DNA of 45,646 nucleotides from Oligoflexales bacterium (GTDB lineage Bacteria; Bdellovibrionota_B; Oligoflexia; Oligoflexales; Bog-1112): NCBI GenBank assembly GCA_045105515.1, contig JBGCDR010000003.1, positions 1 to 45,646 of the forward strand, read 5' to 3'. Shown piece by piece: positions 37,434 to 45,646 of this stretch (position 1 is its first letter; each line of letters starts with the position of its first letter). The notes under the pieces were generated by a model. It saw only the letters and a program-made list of their open reading frames with translations, ran no database searches and was not told where the DNA came from. The position numbers and the translations under genes were made by a program.

Positions 37434-38237
37434 ATGGTAATTAAAAGGTGTGGTATCGGTATGGTGGGTAGCACAAGCATCAAGAAGCCTATATCTGAAT
37501 CTCAAGAGGATGTAAAAACCATACTAATTGTTGATGATGAACCCTTGATTCGAGAGATTCTGCAGAGACAATTTAAAAAAGAAGGGTTTGTGGTTTCCAG
37601 TTGTGAGAATGGCCAGGATGCTCTTGCTGAATTTAAAAAATCACCGCCAAAAGTTATATTAAGTGATATCCGGATGCCAAAAGGTGATGGAGTGTTTCTT
37701 CTTGAAGAGATCATGAAGATTAGAGCTGACTTTCCCTTTGTGTTTATGACAGGGTTCACTGATGTGCCTAGTCATGATGTGTACCATAAAGGTGCTGCAG
37801 CACTTATTAAAAAGCCTTTTGACCTCGATTCGATCGTAGATCAGATTAAATATAGCCTTATACCAAATAAAAAAAGATGGACTGAAAAGGTCTTTGGTGC
37901 AAAAGGAGATCTTCAATTAGCCTTTGATTCACTTGACGACGCTATAAAGGATCAAAGCCTTAGTTGGGGAAGGGGTGGCTTTAGTTTTAGCAAAGATGTC
38001 CCCGTTGATACTGGGGAAGTAGTTGAATTTACCTTGGACTTCAACAATGGCCCTGTCACCAAAATTCATGGTGTTGGAGTGGTACGCTGGAACCTTTCAG
38101 GTGGTGCAAGAGGGTTCCAAAAAGTAGGGGTGGAGATTTCATCACTTGATGCTGCTTGCCTAGAGCCAGTGGTAAAGCTTGCTGATGGTAGAGGTCACTC
38201 CGCATATATTCCAGCAAGAATTGATTCTCCTAGCTAG
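37434..38237 (+). CDS. Response regulator with C-terminal PilZ-like domain
   Basis: ILIVDDE, SDIRMP, MTG and KP receiver motifs. C-terminal GRGGFSF...GVVRW...VGVE. Start is uncertain. Confidence 0.85.
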   Translation: MVIKRCGIGMVGSTSIKKPISESQEDVKTILIVDDEPLIREILQRQFKKEGFVVSSCENGQDALAEFKKSPPKVILSDIRMPKGDGVFLLEEIMKIRADFPFVFMTGFTDVPSHDVYHKGAAALIKKPFDLDSIVDQIKYSLIPNKKRWTEKVFGAKGDLQLAFDSLDDAIKDQSLSWGRGGFSFSKDVPVDTGEVVEFTLDFNNGPVTKIHGVGVVRWNLSGGARGFQKVGVEISSLDAACLEPVVKLADGRGHSAYIPARIDSPS

Positions 38238-38244
38238 TCTTTCA

Positions 38245-39582
38245 TTAAGTTCCTTGAATAGCCGAACTTTTGTAATCGTGAGATATCTGTGCTTTCTTGT
38301 TTGCAAGAAAGAGGCAGCCTGCCAATCTTCCGAGGCTTAAAGAAGTACAAGCTATGACTGCACCAGTGTACCAATTGAAATATGCTCCCACGCTCATCCC
38401 AAGAACTATGATTCCACATTCAATGCCGACAGCATAAGTGATCAGGATATTATTACGTGTATTGATAGCCATAGCTCTTTGCCAGCACAGTATAATGGTC
38501 AGGGCAGGTACAAAAGACATAATGCGCAGAGGGATACGTGCAAAGTCGTATAACTCAGGACTTAATCCGAAAAACACCTCAAACCATAGGTCTGCAAGAG
38601 GTGTAAAAACTGTAAGAATGAGAATAAAAGAAAAGATTCCTGCTAGAGAATAGGAAAAACTCCGCAAAGCGGTATACCCTTCAAACTCATCGCCAATTAA
38701 GGCGATCACCACCTCCTGGTAAGATAAGCCAATGCATTTAAAAATAAAGATAAATGCATTGATGACCGGAAGAACCGCTAAGGACTCCAAGGGACTACGG
38801 CACATTCCCACGAAAAAAGTCACAAGGGGTTGTACCGCTAAGCCAATAAATGAAGTAAGAGCAAGGGGGTAGCAAAACCTCAGGATGAATGGATAACTTA
38901 GAACATAGTCAGGTTCCTGCTCTTGCTTGGGGTAGCTCATCAGTGCATTAACGATAGGCCTAGAAGCAAAAAAAACAAATATACACTCACTCAGGACGCC
39001 AGCAGATAATGCCATGGCGCCTGCACAGACCCCTGGAGTGTTATTTAAATAGTAAGCTGAATAGCAGGTAGAGAACATGCAAACCAAGCGAATGAAGGTG
39101 CCCCATGCGACCTTACGGGTTTGCTTATATTTGATTAGGATGCCCTGATAAAACCTTCGGTAGCCTATGGCTACAGGCCACGGGAGCAATAATAGCAAGG
39201 CATTATAGGTCAAGGTTTCAACTTGTTTTGGCACATCCAACAGGTTAATCACGTGTTGAAAGGTAGGGGTAAAAAGCACCAAAAGGTTGATGGCAAGCAC
39301 TACCCAATTTAAGACGCGAGTGAAGTTTAGCATTTTCAAGTAACTGGATGGGTTCTTCACCAGTGCTACCGTCGCAGACATGAGCATAATGACAGGAGCC
39401 TCAAAAATAAGGGCAAAGGCGAATGCGATTCCGAAAGAAGCTAAGTTTATCTTTGGCTCAGGCATCCGCGCAATGATTGCAGCAACTATGGGTCCTTCTG
39501 CAGCCATTAACAGCCAGGTCATTGCCAAAGGTGACCAAAATCTGAGGATACTTCTATGAGTAGTGTGCATCTGTGAACTCAC
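38245..39582 (-). CDS. MATE/MOP-superfamily membrane protein (ANKH-like)
   Basis: About 12 TM segments in two repeats, each starting ILRF-x-x-PLA-x-T. Confidence 0.65.
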   Translation of the reverse strand: MSSQMHTTHRSILRFWSPLAMTWLLMAAEGPIVAAIIARMPEPKINLASFGIAFAFALIFEAPVIMLMSATVALVKNPSSYLKMLNFTRVLNWVVLAINLLVLFTPTFQHVINLLDVPKQVETLTYNALLLLLPWPVAIGYRRFYQGILIKYKQTRKVAWGTFIRLVCMFSTCYSAYYLNNTPGVCAGAMALSAGVLSECIFVFFASRPIVNALMSYPKQEQEPDYVLSYPFILRFCYPLALTSFIGLAVQPLVTFFVGMCRSPLESLAVLPVINAFIFIFKCIGLSYQEVVIALIGDEFEGYTALRSFSYSLAGIFSFILILTVFTPLADLWFEVFFGLSPELYDFARIPLRIMSFVPALTIILCWQRAMAINTRNNILITYAVGIECGIIVLGMSVGAYFNWYTGAVIACTSLSLGRLAGCLFLANKKAQISHDYKSSAIQGT

Positions 39583-39672
39583 AAGCTTCCTTTCCTATTG
39601 AGGATTGACCTATCCCTCAATTCTTACAGGAAAACAGATTACTTGGGAGTAATGATTTACTTTTTTCGTGGT

Positions 39673-40548
39673 TTAGTAGACTAGGTAAGGATGATCGCCG
39701 CTGAGCCGCCACTCATAGGCTTGGATGCAGTTTGCTAGGAGCATAGCAATGGTCATGGGCCCTACCCCTCCAGGAACAGGGGTGATATACGATGCGATCG
39801 GTTCAAGCTCACGATAGGCTAGATCACCTACTAGCTTGCCTTCTTTGCTGCGGTGAATGCCCACATCAATTAAAACTGCACCTGGTTTTACCCAATCAGG
39901 ATTAACTAGTTCTGGGACTCCCGCTGCAGCAACAATAATGTCCGCTTGGCGTGCAATTGCTGCGGGATTTTCGGTTCTGCTATGGATATTTTGTACGGTA
40001 GCATTAGCATGACCTAGCAAGCGAACCATGGGAGATCCGACTAGGATACTGCGACCAATCACTGTTGCAAGCTTACCGGTTAGCTCAATTTCACTTGCTT
40101 CAAGAAGCTTCATAACTCCCAAGGGAGTGCAGGGCCTATGACCTGGTAGGCCAAGGGATAAGAGTCCCTGATTTTTTGCACCAAGGCCGTCCACATCTTT
40201 GATGGGAGAAATTTGGCCGATGATGCGCAACTTATCAATTTGCTTTGGTAAAGGGAGCTGGACTAAGATCCCATCAACTTCAGGATCTTCGTTTAGTCTG
40301 TCAATTAAAGCGATAAGCTCGGTCTCTTCGGTTGTTTGCGGAAGCCGGTGAGTCTGAGTGCTCATGCCTACCTGCTTGCAGGCCTTTTCTTTGAATTCAA
40401 CATAGATTTTACTTGCTGGATCATCGCCCACTAGCACCACGCTGAGTGCTGGTGGGCGTGTATCACTCTTAGTGTGCTGTTCAACCTTGCTTTGTAGATT
40501 TAATCGTATTTTGGCAGCAATAGCTTTGCCATCGATTACCCTTGCCAT
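39673..40548 (-). CDS. folD: Bifunctional methylene-THF dehydrogenase/cyclohydrolase
   Basis: IDGK, DGILVQLPLP, KDVDG, PCTPLG, GRSILVG and TPVPGGVGPMT. Confidence 0.97.
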   Translation of the reverse strand: MARVIDGKAIAAKIRLNLQSKVEQHTKSDTRPPALSVVLVGDDPASKIYVEFKEKACKQVGMSTQTHRLPQTTEETELIALIDRLNEDPEVDGILVQLPLPKQIDKLRIIGQISPIKDVDGLGAKNQGLLSLGLPGHRPCTPLGVMKLLEASEIELTGKLATVIGRSILVGSPMVRLLGHANATVQNIHSRTENPAAIARQADIIVAAAGVPELVNPDWVKPGAVLIDVGIHRSKEGKLVGDLAYRELEPIASYITPVPGGVGPMTIAMLLANCIQAYEWRLSGDHPYLVY

Positions 40549-40566
40549 AAAGCTCCCTTAAAACCC

Positions 40567-41868
40567 TTAGTTCATCACGTCACTGATTGCCGTACAGGCA
40601 GTGCTCAAGGATCTGACTAAGTTAACATCGGGACTATAGTCATCGCCATAGGAATCTCCACAAAATCCTAGTTTGGCAGATTGAAAGTGGGACTCTTGAC
40701 CGAGCTTTTGGACAATTTTTCGCTCACTTAAGTAAGCTGAGTGGGACCAGGCGATGGGTACTAAAGCGATATGTTCTCGTGTAGATTTTAGGTCTTCTCT
40801 TGCAGCTTCAAGTTTTTTTCGCGCTCGCTTCAAGCGCTTGATAGCCTTAACCACCGCAGGAGCGTTGAGAGTAGTTTCAAAATCAATGGTGGCCTGATAA
40901 CACAAACCGGTATCGGAAACCCTGAGTACCTGGACCTCTTCTGCAGGAATGTAGACCAAGTCTGGGAGGTTCGCGCAGGGCTCGTGCTTGGTGGAAAGGG
41001 TGACGACGCTAGTAGGCTTCGATTTTAATGCTAACTGTAGGACCGGTATTGGAAGGTCTCCACGATCTAGCCACTCCATAGCCTGCCAAGGAGATTGAGC
41101 AACCAACATCGCTTTTCCTTTAAATGTGCCTTTTTCCGTCAGGATACGCCATGATTTATCCTCGTATGCAGCTTCAATAATCCGGCAAGAAAATTCACTG
41201 CTTAGGCGGCCTTCTAGAGAAGGGAAACTAAGAAGCTGACTGAGCAGATCTTCCCAAGGCCCGCTGTAAAGCCCTGACTCGAAGTATTGGAGCCTTTCTT
41301 GAATTGCCTGGGGTGAAGATTTCCAAATATCTGCCATTCCACAAAAGGTGCTTAGATGGTGTAGGGCTATGACTGCAGGATTTTTCTTGCCATCCCTCCA
41401 GGCTTTGGCGAAGGACACTTCGTTCTTAGGAGGTTCTTGCCGGCTTCCCAATACGGACTCAATTTTAGGCCACTCTTTTACTGCTGCATTACCAGCTAAG
41501 ACTTTTGCACCTTTAGCATTGAAGCAATCATCAAGTACGATATCTTGGAATTTTCCTGCAGCTAGGATGGTTCCCGTCGCAAGTTTTCGCTCATAGGCTG
41601 ACTCGGGCATGCTGAGCTCAGGTTCGAGGGAATAGCTATGCTCAATAAAATTAAGCACCTTCTCAGAAATAAAGTTTAGACCATAGCCCCAGTTATCCTC
41701 GTTATTTGGACTGAGTGCTCGGCCCCCCGGTCGTGAAGCTTTGTCTAAGAGCAGAACTTTTGCGTCGGGCAAGGATTGGCAAAGCCTGTTGGCTGCTAAG
41801 ATGCCGGTAATCCCGGCACCTGCTACGATGATATCAAAGGATTGCTCCTCTTGTTTGTTAGTATCCAT
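40567..41868 (-). CDS. FAD-dependent oxidoreductase
   Basis: IIVAGAGITG...LLDK..RPGGR dinucleotide-binding motif and C-terminal FCGD. Confidence 0.75.
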   Translation of the reverse strand: MDTNKQEEQSFDIIVAGAGITGILAANRLCQSLPDAKVLLLDKASRPGGRALSPNNEDNWGYGLNFISEKVLNFIEHSYSLEPELSMPESAYERKLATGTILAAGKFQDIVLDDCFNAKGAKVLAGNAAVKEWPKIESVLGSRQEPPKNEVSFAKAWRDGKKNPAVIALHHLSTFCGMADIWKSSPQAIQERLQYFESGLYSGPWEDLLSQLLSFPSLEGRLSSEFSCRIIEAAYEDKSWRILTEKGTFKGKAMLVAQSPWQAMEWLDRGDLPIPVLQLALKSKPTSVVTLSTKHEPCANLPDLVYIPAEEVQVLRVSDTGLCYQATIDFETTLNAPAVVKAIKRLKRARKKLEAAREDLKSTREHIALVPIAWSHSAYLSERKIVQKLGQESHFQSAKLGFCGDSYGDDYSPDVNLVRSLSTACTAISDVMN

Positions 41869-42332
41869 ATACTTGAAATGCCTCTTGGAAATTGACTACG
41901 ATACTGATTTCTCTGAGCCTTTACCTTTGATTTTAAGCTGTAGATGCTATCAAAGGCTATTTTTCGAAAAATCCAAGCTATTGTGATAGTTTCAGCCGAG
42001 TTAAATTTCCAATAGTTTTCGATGTTATTCTAGTAAAATCTGGATTTGGTGTGTAAGTTCTCAAGATGCCGGCATACCAAAAGTTCCGGGTTTTTTAGAT
42101 ATATTCAGGAGAAGCCTCCGATTTTGGAGCACAGATGCTCTTACCCACCTTTACATGGCCTCCTCTTTCAAAGGGAGGTGCCAGCAACTCCTCGAAGAGA
42201 GGAAGAAGCCTCTTGCTGAGAGTTTCGGTGGGTTTTCAGCTTTTACAGCCAAGGGAGAATATGTGTAAGCTCGTAAGGGTGCTGAAGTATTCCATAGTAG
42301 TAGGGCTTTAATTCAGATAGTGGAGAGGGACT

Positions 42333-43274
42333 ATGGATGTTCCAAATGCTGGAACAGTCTTAAAGGCGCAGGAACTTGTAAAGAAGTTTGCACAGATACT
42401 TGCCGTTGATAAAGTCAGTTTAGATGTGAGCAAGGGCGAGTGCTTTGCCTTACTTGGCCCAAACGGGGCTGGGAAAACCACCACTTGCGAAATGCTTGAA
42501 GGCTTAACCCCACCTGATTCAGGAAACATTGAAATCTGTGGCTTAAAATTTCCTGAGCAAAGAGGGAATATTTTAAAACGGATTGGGGTAGCGCTGCAAG
42601 AAACAAACCTCTATAAAAAATACACCGTCAAAGAAACCTTGGAGCTGTTTTCCAGCTTTTATCCGCAGTCCATATCGATCCCAAAATTGCTTGCTAAGCT
42701 TAAGCTCGAAGATAAGGCTGATGCTAGGCTTGAACACCTGTCCGGTGGACAGAAGCAGCGAGTATATTTGGGTTGTGCTTTGGTGCATAACCCTGAGCTG
42801 CTTTTTCTTGATGAACCAACCTCTGGTCTTGACCCTCAGGCTAGGCGTTATCTTTGGGACTTACTCAAAGAAGTTAAAGCAGATGGTAGGAGTATCTTTT
42901 TAACCACTCACTATATGGAAGAAGCTCAAGAGTTGGCCGATAGGATTGCGATTATGGATCATGGCCAGATCATTGCTATGGGAAGTCTGCATGAGTTGGT
43001 GAGTCATCATTGTGAGGGCGATTTCTTAGTATTTAAAACTTCTACAAGCGAACTTGAAGCCCTACAAAAAAATCTTCCTTGGTTGCAAACGGCCTCTAAG
43101 CAAGGGGCTGAAAATTTTTATGAAGTTAACGTAGATAATGCCACAACCAAAACCCGTGAGTTTATGCGAGAGGTGGACACCCTAGGTGTTTATCTGGGTC
43201 ACTTTTCTATCAGACAAAGTACTCTCGAAGATGTGTTTTTAAAACTAACAGGCAGGAACATTCGCGATGATTAG
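42333..43274 (+). CDS. ABC-2 type exporter ATP-binding protein
   Basis: GPNGAGKT, LSGGQ, FLDEPTSGLDP and TTHYMEEA. Confidence 0.95.
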   Translation: MDVPNAGTVLKAQELVKKFAQILAVDKVSLDVSKGECFALLGPNGAGKTTTCEMLEGLTPPDSGNIEICGLKFPEQRGNILKRIGVALQETNLYKKYTVKETLELFSSFYPQSISIPKLLAKLKLEDKADARLEHLSGGQKQRVYLGCALVHNPELLFLDEPTSGLDPQARRYLWDLLKEVKADGRSIFLTTHYMEEAQELADRIAIMDHGQIIAMGSLHELVSHHCEGDFLVFKTSTSELEALQKNLPWLQTASKQGAENFYEVNVDNATTKTREFMREVDTLGVYLGHFSIRQSTLEDVFLKLTGRNIRDD

Positions 43275-44310
43275 CAAGAGCCTCATTGAGATGGTGAAGG
43301 GCAGATGGAGAGAGTTTAAACGTGAGCCTTCAGCGATGTTTTTCGTCGTATTTATGCCCATTCTTTGGATGCTTATCTTAGGCTTGGCTTTTTCTGACTC
43401 GAAGCAAGAGCTTTACTCTATTGGGCTTAAGCAGAGTAATTATGCTGAGGAAGCACAGGTCTTCTCTTTCCTTGTAAAGCAAGAACAGTTAAAGGTCTAT
43501 CAAGGTACTGAAGTTGAGCTGAGTACTAAGCTTAAGCGGGGTGAGGTGCTGTTGCTGCTCGAACTCAATCAGCAAGGGGATGTGCTGATGCATTATGACC
43601 CCAGCAACCCAGAAGCAGCCCGTGCCCATGATGTCAGTCATCATCTGATTCAAGAGTACTACGGGCGCACTGATCCAAAACCCACTATTGCCAAGCATGT
43701 GAAAGCTGTGGGGAGCAGGTATATCGATTTTCTGATACCAGGCCTTCTCGCATTGAGTCTATTTACTTCGAGCTTATTCGGTACGGGCATGACCATTGTG
43801 GCTAACCGACGGGAGAATCTTCTTAAACGTTATATGGCTACTCCGATGAATCCATACGAGTACATCATTTCTCATATTATTGGTCGTTATTTTATTTTCC
43901 TAGTTGAGTTTGCCTGCATCTTGGGTGCTGGGATGCTGATGTTTGGATTTCGTGTCCAGGGTAATTGGTTTAGTCTAATTGCTGTGGGCCTGCTTGGTAC
44001 TGCGAGCTTCACATCCTTGGGCATCTTGTGCGGTTCGAGGACTGCAAATACTTCTACCTACAACGGTATTAACAACCTCTTGACCTTACCTATGATGATG
44101 CTCTCAGGCGTCTGGTTTTCAAGGGTGCACTTCCCTGATTGGCTTGCATCTATTGTAGAGTTTCTACCGCTAACCGCCTGTGTGGACGCACTCAGACGAG
44201 TAGCTCTAGAGGGAGTCGGGATTGCTAACCTAAGCTTTGAATTAGGCTTGCTTGCATTTTATACAGTGATTTGTACTGTTTTTGCGAAGCTTAGCTTTAG
44301 GTGGTATTAA
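43267..44310 (+). CDS. ABC-2 type exporter permease
   Basis: YIDFLIPG, RENLLKRYMATP and LSGVWF. Six TM segments. Overlaps the ATPase gene. Confidence 0.92.
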   Translation: MISKSLIEMVKGRWREFKREPSAMFFVVFMPILWMLILGLAFSDSKQELYSIGLKQSNYAEEAQVFSFLVKQEQLKVYQGTEVELSTKLKRGEVLLLLELNQQGDVLMHYDPSNPEAARAHDVSHHLIQEYYGRTDPKPTIAKHVKAVGSRYIDFLIPGLLALSLFTSSLFGTGMTIVANRRENLLKRYMATPMNPYEYIISHIIGRYFIFLVEFACILGAGMLMFGFRVQGNWFSLIAVGLLGTASFTSLGILCGSRTANTSTYNGINNLLTLPMMMLSGVWFSRVHFPDWLASIVEFLPLTACVDALRRVALEGVGIANLSFELGLLAFYTVICTVFAKLSFRWY

Positions 44311-44321
44311 GGTATTATTTT

Positions 44322-44579
44322 TTATGCTACCGGGCACCCAAACCTAATATGTACGATTTTTTCGTTAATTTCTTGACTTGCTTCAAACAACTTTTCATCT
44401 TCTGTTCTTTCAATATCTAATCCATTAAGCCCGAAATCAAGATTTTCTAGGTGTGATCCATTTTCATAGAGTTTAATTTGATCTTGTTCCATATCGACGA
44501 CAATGTCTGAGAGTACAATGCTTCCAAGAGAGTTTTCATATTTTAGTTCATCTACTTTATATTCCAATACTGACCTCAA
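44322..44579 (-). CDS. Small acidic hypothetical protein
   Basis: 85-codon ORF with protein-like acidic composition. Start is unsure, and it may be a gene remnant. Confidence 0.4.
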   Translation of the reverse strand: MRSVLEYKVDELKYENSLGSIVLSDIVVDMEQDQIKLYENGSHLENLDFGLNGLDIERTEDEKLFEASQEINEKIVHIRFGCPVA

Positions 44580-44739
44580 AATTTGTCACTTTCATCGTCA
44601 TCTTTACAAGTCTACAAATATGAATTTGGTTTAGCTGCAGGGTAATTATTATTTTTTACGTGCCTTTGCTTAGGATTAAGAGTTCACCTGACTACGATAT
44701 TTGCATAGCAAACATCACATGGTGATGACGCTTTACTTC

Positions 44740-44831
44740 GTCACCTCGAGCCAGTCTGTCGGAAAATTAATAATGTGTCATGTCGACCGATCCTCCGGCG
44801 CCACAGCGACGGTGGTCAGTGGAGACATCTC
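44740..44831. repeat. REP-like half elements related to those at 32.2 kb
   Basis: GTCACCTCGAG at 44740 and GTCATGTCGACC...GGAGACATCTC at 44777-44831. Confidence 0.6.
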
Positions 44832-44917
44832 CCTCATAGCACCTTTTTCAAGGGTAAAATCTTCAAGTCACACTGTTCCACCCTAATTGGATGAATTTGA
44901 CTTCCCTCTCTTCCACC

Positions 44918-45502
44918 TCACGGCTGGTAACCAAAGTGGTGCAATTTACCAATGTTATGCGCTAACGAAATCAATTGCCATTCAGCGTTCACCTTTTTTA
45001 ACCCCCGAGTCAGAAAATTACGAAAACCTCTTACATTTTTAGGTTGGCCAAAAACTGGCTCAGCAATTGTCTTTCTTTTTTTATAGATTGATCTTCCTGC
45101 TTCTGACGTTAGCTTTGCCCTCATAAAATCTGTTATCGTCATTACACCATCAACCGTATTAATGAACCGTTTTCCATTATCCTTCTTGCTCGGAGGAATA
45201 TATGGATCTATGTTCTTTTTTTCGATCCAAACAATATCTCTTTCACTGTAATAACCATTGTCACATGTGAAAAATTTTGGTGTTTTTCCATCAAGATTTT
45301 CTATCACTTTTTTAATCATAGGTCTGATAAGGCCTTTATCGTTAGTTTGACTAGAGACCTGTACCGCCAATATAATCTGGCTACCAGCATCTACAGCAGC
45401 CTGACAATTGTACCCTTGAATAAACCCTCCTGATTTGCCCGATTTCATCACTCTAGAGTCGTAATCACTTGGATTTCTTATAGATTCTATAATTTTCTCC
45501 AC
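44918..45502 (-). pseudogene. 5'-truncated IS1182-family transposase
   Basis: NPSDYDSRVMK..GFIQGYNCQAAVD, CDNGYYS and YKKRKTIAEPVFGQPK.VRGFRNF..RG. The N-terminal half is absent. Confidence 0.85.
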
Positions 45503-45646
45503 AGGCTTATTTAGTGCCTGATTGGAAACACACCGCCGCCTTTGTATGTAAGGCTTAGAGCACTATAATCTTTAGCGAATTTCCCCAGTTTCTCTAAAAA
45601 GGCTATAATTGTCGGAAAATCAAAAGATCTTGGGGGTGCCCATGCG

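Noticed and set aside
42170..42260. TPP or glycine riboswitch
   Set aside because: Lacks the ACCTGA/TAATGC half of TPP and the GGAGA...CCGAAG...CTCAGG order of the glycine aptamer.
589..44886. Numerous short ORFs antisense to or nested in called genes (for example 589-1002, 2140-2430, 17289-17591, 28891-29262, 44701-44886)
   Set aside because: They are shadow frames of well-supported genes or repeats, with no motifs.
45595..45620. + strand KGYNCR resembling the transposase GYNC motif
   Set aside because: It is preceded by a stop, has no flanking similarity, and is likely chance.
1..45646. A single composite transposon, prophage or defence island spanning the window
   Set aside because: The flanking IS remnants belong to different families and the interior holds core genes (rnc, der, folD, mltG). 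No integrase, phage, tRNA or rRNA signatures were seen.

Overview
This is a gene-dense, mostly AT-rich chromosomal window. Gene content (TIGR02266-type PilZ, GYF_2-like, TraF_2-like barrel plus lipoprotein, TPR-PEGA, HAD-IG nucleotidase) suggests a Bdellovibrionota/Oligoflexia-like bacterium; that placement is inferred. Both ends carry IS remnants: an IS21 istB tail with its right terminus at 1-139, and a truncated IS1182 transposase at about 44.9-45.5 kb. Core genes are a Ski2/HelY-like helicase, brnQ, gdhA, mltG, rnc, der, deoC-ALDH-ALDH'-deoD, an FKBP PPIase, bfd/bfr, pyrC-like, folD and an ABC-2 exporter. The main unexplained signals are: (1) a promoter-bounded, highly structured candidate ncRNA of about 310 nt at 3216-3525 (-) that I cannot match to a known family; (2) 4-5 FliA/sigma28-type promoters in front of non-flagellar envelope and signalling genes; (3) a possibly secreted eukaryote-like RING/U-box protein; (4) a split KAS-III/SDR/MBL cluster; (5) several pseudo-enzymes; (6) REP-like hairpins with compensatory changes; (7) an unannotated Zn-ADH pseudogene. 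All calls come from motif reading by eye, and no searches were run.
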